Positions 26,902 to 28,177 of a stretch of DNA of 28,177 nucleotides are shown piece after piece. Each line of letters starts with the position of its first letter. The stretch's first letter is position 1. Source of the stretch: an uncultured virus (IMG/VR IMGVR_UViG_3300029309_000007) (lineage: Duplodnaviria > Heunggongvirae > Uroviricota > Caudoviricetes); IMG/VR virus record IMGVR_UViG_3300029309_000007. The stretch is one strand, 5' to 3'. Below the pieces are notes generated by a model that searched no databases, was not told where the DNA came from, and saw only the letters and a list, made by a program, of their open reading frames with translations. The position numbers and the translations under genes are program-made.

Positions 26902-27198
26902 TTACTCACCAAAGAATCTGCCAGCACCCATTAGATTTCTACTATGACCGATTCTATCTTCATATGCCATAATGACCGCTACTAACGCTCTAAAAGTATA
27001 TTCTTCTGGAGTCATCTCCATTCCTCTAAAAGGTTTCTTAGAATCCTCTTCTAACTTATCATCATATTTTTCCAGCAATTTAGTAATATCTTGCATCATT
27101 TGATTCGCAATATTCCCAGGAATTCTATCCGATAAATAATCGTAATCGCTTGCACTAAATCTGTTTGGTTCTTTCTTTTTAATTTCGTCTTTCCACAT
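26902..27198 (-). CDS. Tagged (MWKDEIKK) 98-aa protein
   Basis: Start moved to ATG 27198 after AGGTGA; 5' region nearly identical to that of the gene at 26874. Confidence 0.75.
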   Translation of the reverse strand: MWKDEIKKKEPNRFSASDYDYLSDRIPGNIANQMMQDITKLLEKYDDKLEEDSKKPFRGMEMTPEEYTFRALVAVIMAYEDRIGHSRNLMGAGRFFGE

Positions 27199-27215
27199 AA
27201 TATCACCTTTAATTT

Positions 27216-27470
27216 TCACAAAACATGTTCTTCCAAGAACATGATAAGGTCGTGAGCAGTTGCACCACCGGCAGGGAAATATGTTATAAAAGTATCAACA
27301 ATATCAATCTGGTCTTTTACTTCTTCAGATTCGTTTTGTTCCTTCAATTTTTTCTTCAAACGGAAAAAGGCATTGCTGGCTTCCTTATGGTGCTTTTTTG
27401 CTTCGTCGAGGATTCGCCGCAGTTGCGGTTTCCAATCAGGTTCTTCGTTTTTTAACATATCTTCCCACAT
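27216..27470 (-). CDS. Tagged (MWEDMLK) 84-aa protein
   Basis: Start moved to ATG 27470 after AAGTGA. Confidence 0.75.
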   Translation of the reverse strand: MWEDMLKNEEPDWKPQLRRILDEAKKHHKEASNAFFRLKKKLKEQNESEEVKDQIDIVDTFITYFPAGGATAHDLIMFLEEHVL

Positions 27471-27485
27471 AACAATCACTTTTTC

Positions 27486-27803
27486 TCAAAATTTGTACCT
27501 ATATTCTAATAGGGGATTTCTATCGACTTTTCTCCCTGTGTCCCTAGATTCGTAGTCGGGCGATTTAGCCATAAATGTTTTGAGGTCTTTCTTGGACGCT
27601 CCAAATTTTGTTGCTTGAGGTCTTCCCTCCACCAAAGCAACTTTTGCATTACCCATTTTCGCATTTTCTTCTAATAAATCATAAATTTCATCAACGATTG
27701 CGTCAACGGTTTTAAATTCACCATCACGCAAAATATAATTTACTAGCCTTTTATCCGAAGGAGTTGTGGCTAAATATCCTTTTAGTATTTCTTCCCAACC
27801 CAT
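27486..27803 (-). CDS. Tagged (MGWEEILK) 105-aa protein
   Basis: GGGGTG SD; first gene after an AT-rich gap. Confidence 0.78.
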   Translation of the reverse strand: MGWEEILKGYLATTPSDKRLVNYILRDGEFKTVDAIVDEIYDLLEENAKMGNAKVALVEGRPQATKFGASKKDLKTFMAKSPDYESRDTGRKVDRNPLLEYRYKF

Positions 27804-27923
27804 ATTTGCACCCCTTTTTTCTCAAAATTTGGCTCGGAATTTTTTTACGACTAGCAAAATTTTTTTGTTATTTTTTAATGTATTTCCAGAATAAAAAACT
27901 GTTTAATGTATTTTTTTATTTAA

Positions 27924-28177
27924 TTAAAATTTATCTTTTAAATTTAATTGTGTAGTTTTATTTGGGTGATAGTAAGATAACATATTTGTTTGTAATTGTT
28001 TTAATTTGTTTGCTATTTCTTTTAATTTAGCCTTATTTTCCTCTTTAGTTTGTATATTGGCTTTACCTGTATTTGATTTAATGTCTGCCAAAATAGATTG
28101 AATAGATTCATTAATGCGCTTAATTTCGGGTAATACATCTTCTAAAGTAGTCAATGCTAACCCCTGTTTATCGGAAC
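27924..28177 (-). CDS. Coiled-coil hypothetical protein, probably 5'-truncated by the window edge
   Basis: Frame stays open upstream of TTG 28154 to the window end. Confidence 0.55.
   Translation of the reverse strand, partial: SDKQGLALTTLEDVLPEIKRINESIQSILADIKSNTGKANIQTKEENKAKLKEIANKLKQLQTNMLSYYHPNKTTQLNLKDKF

Larger units (their letters stand above)
26666..27848 (-). repeat. Dispersed intergenic motif GTAAAAA(A)nTTCCG, three copies (26666-26680, 26894-26905, 27835-27848)
   Basis: CGGAA-Tn-AC read directly on + strand; each copy lies about 20-50 nt upstream of a minus-strand start codon. Confidence 0.7.

Noticed and set aside
34..27955. All plus-strand ORFs in the track
   Set aside because: Ser/Phe/Leu-rich antisense shadows of Lys/Glu-rich minus-strand genes; no motifs seen.
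1..28177. tRNA/rRNA genes, integrase, transposase, major capsid protein
   Set aside because: None recognisable and almost no non-coding space; the capsid gene probably lies beyond the left edge.

Overview
This window is part of the genome of a head-tail (Caudoviricetes-type) dsDNA virus. It is almost fully coding on the minus strand, as one tightly coupled late/morphogenesis gene block. Recognisable genes: prohead protease-scaffold (runs off the left edge, missed by the ORF track), ATP-dependent DNA ligase with long extensions, portal with Zn-ribbon inserts, a protein ending in a LAGLIDADG endonuclease domain, terminase large subunit, GNAT acetyltransferase, PAP2-type phosphatase and a candidate small terminase. 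Archaeal-type GGTGA Shine-Dalgarno sites and the gene set suggest an archaeal virus, plausibly magrovirus-like (Marine Group II/Poseidoniales); this is inference. The most striking feature is a short tag, W-x-x-[ILVME]-[LIVF]-K, on about 25 otherwise unrelated proteins: 19 at the extreme N-terminus, 4 at the extreme C-terminus and 2 internally between domains. Closely related sites (FSILK-S, FDILK-Q) flank the prohead protease domain itself, while portal and terminase lack the tag. This looks like a capsid-targeting/maturation-cleavage label for a large, shufflable set of virion cargo proteins. Also seen: a tandem paralog triplet, a repeated intergenic AAAAATTCCG element and two small genes missed by the ORF track.
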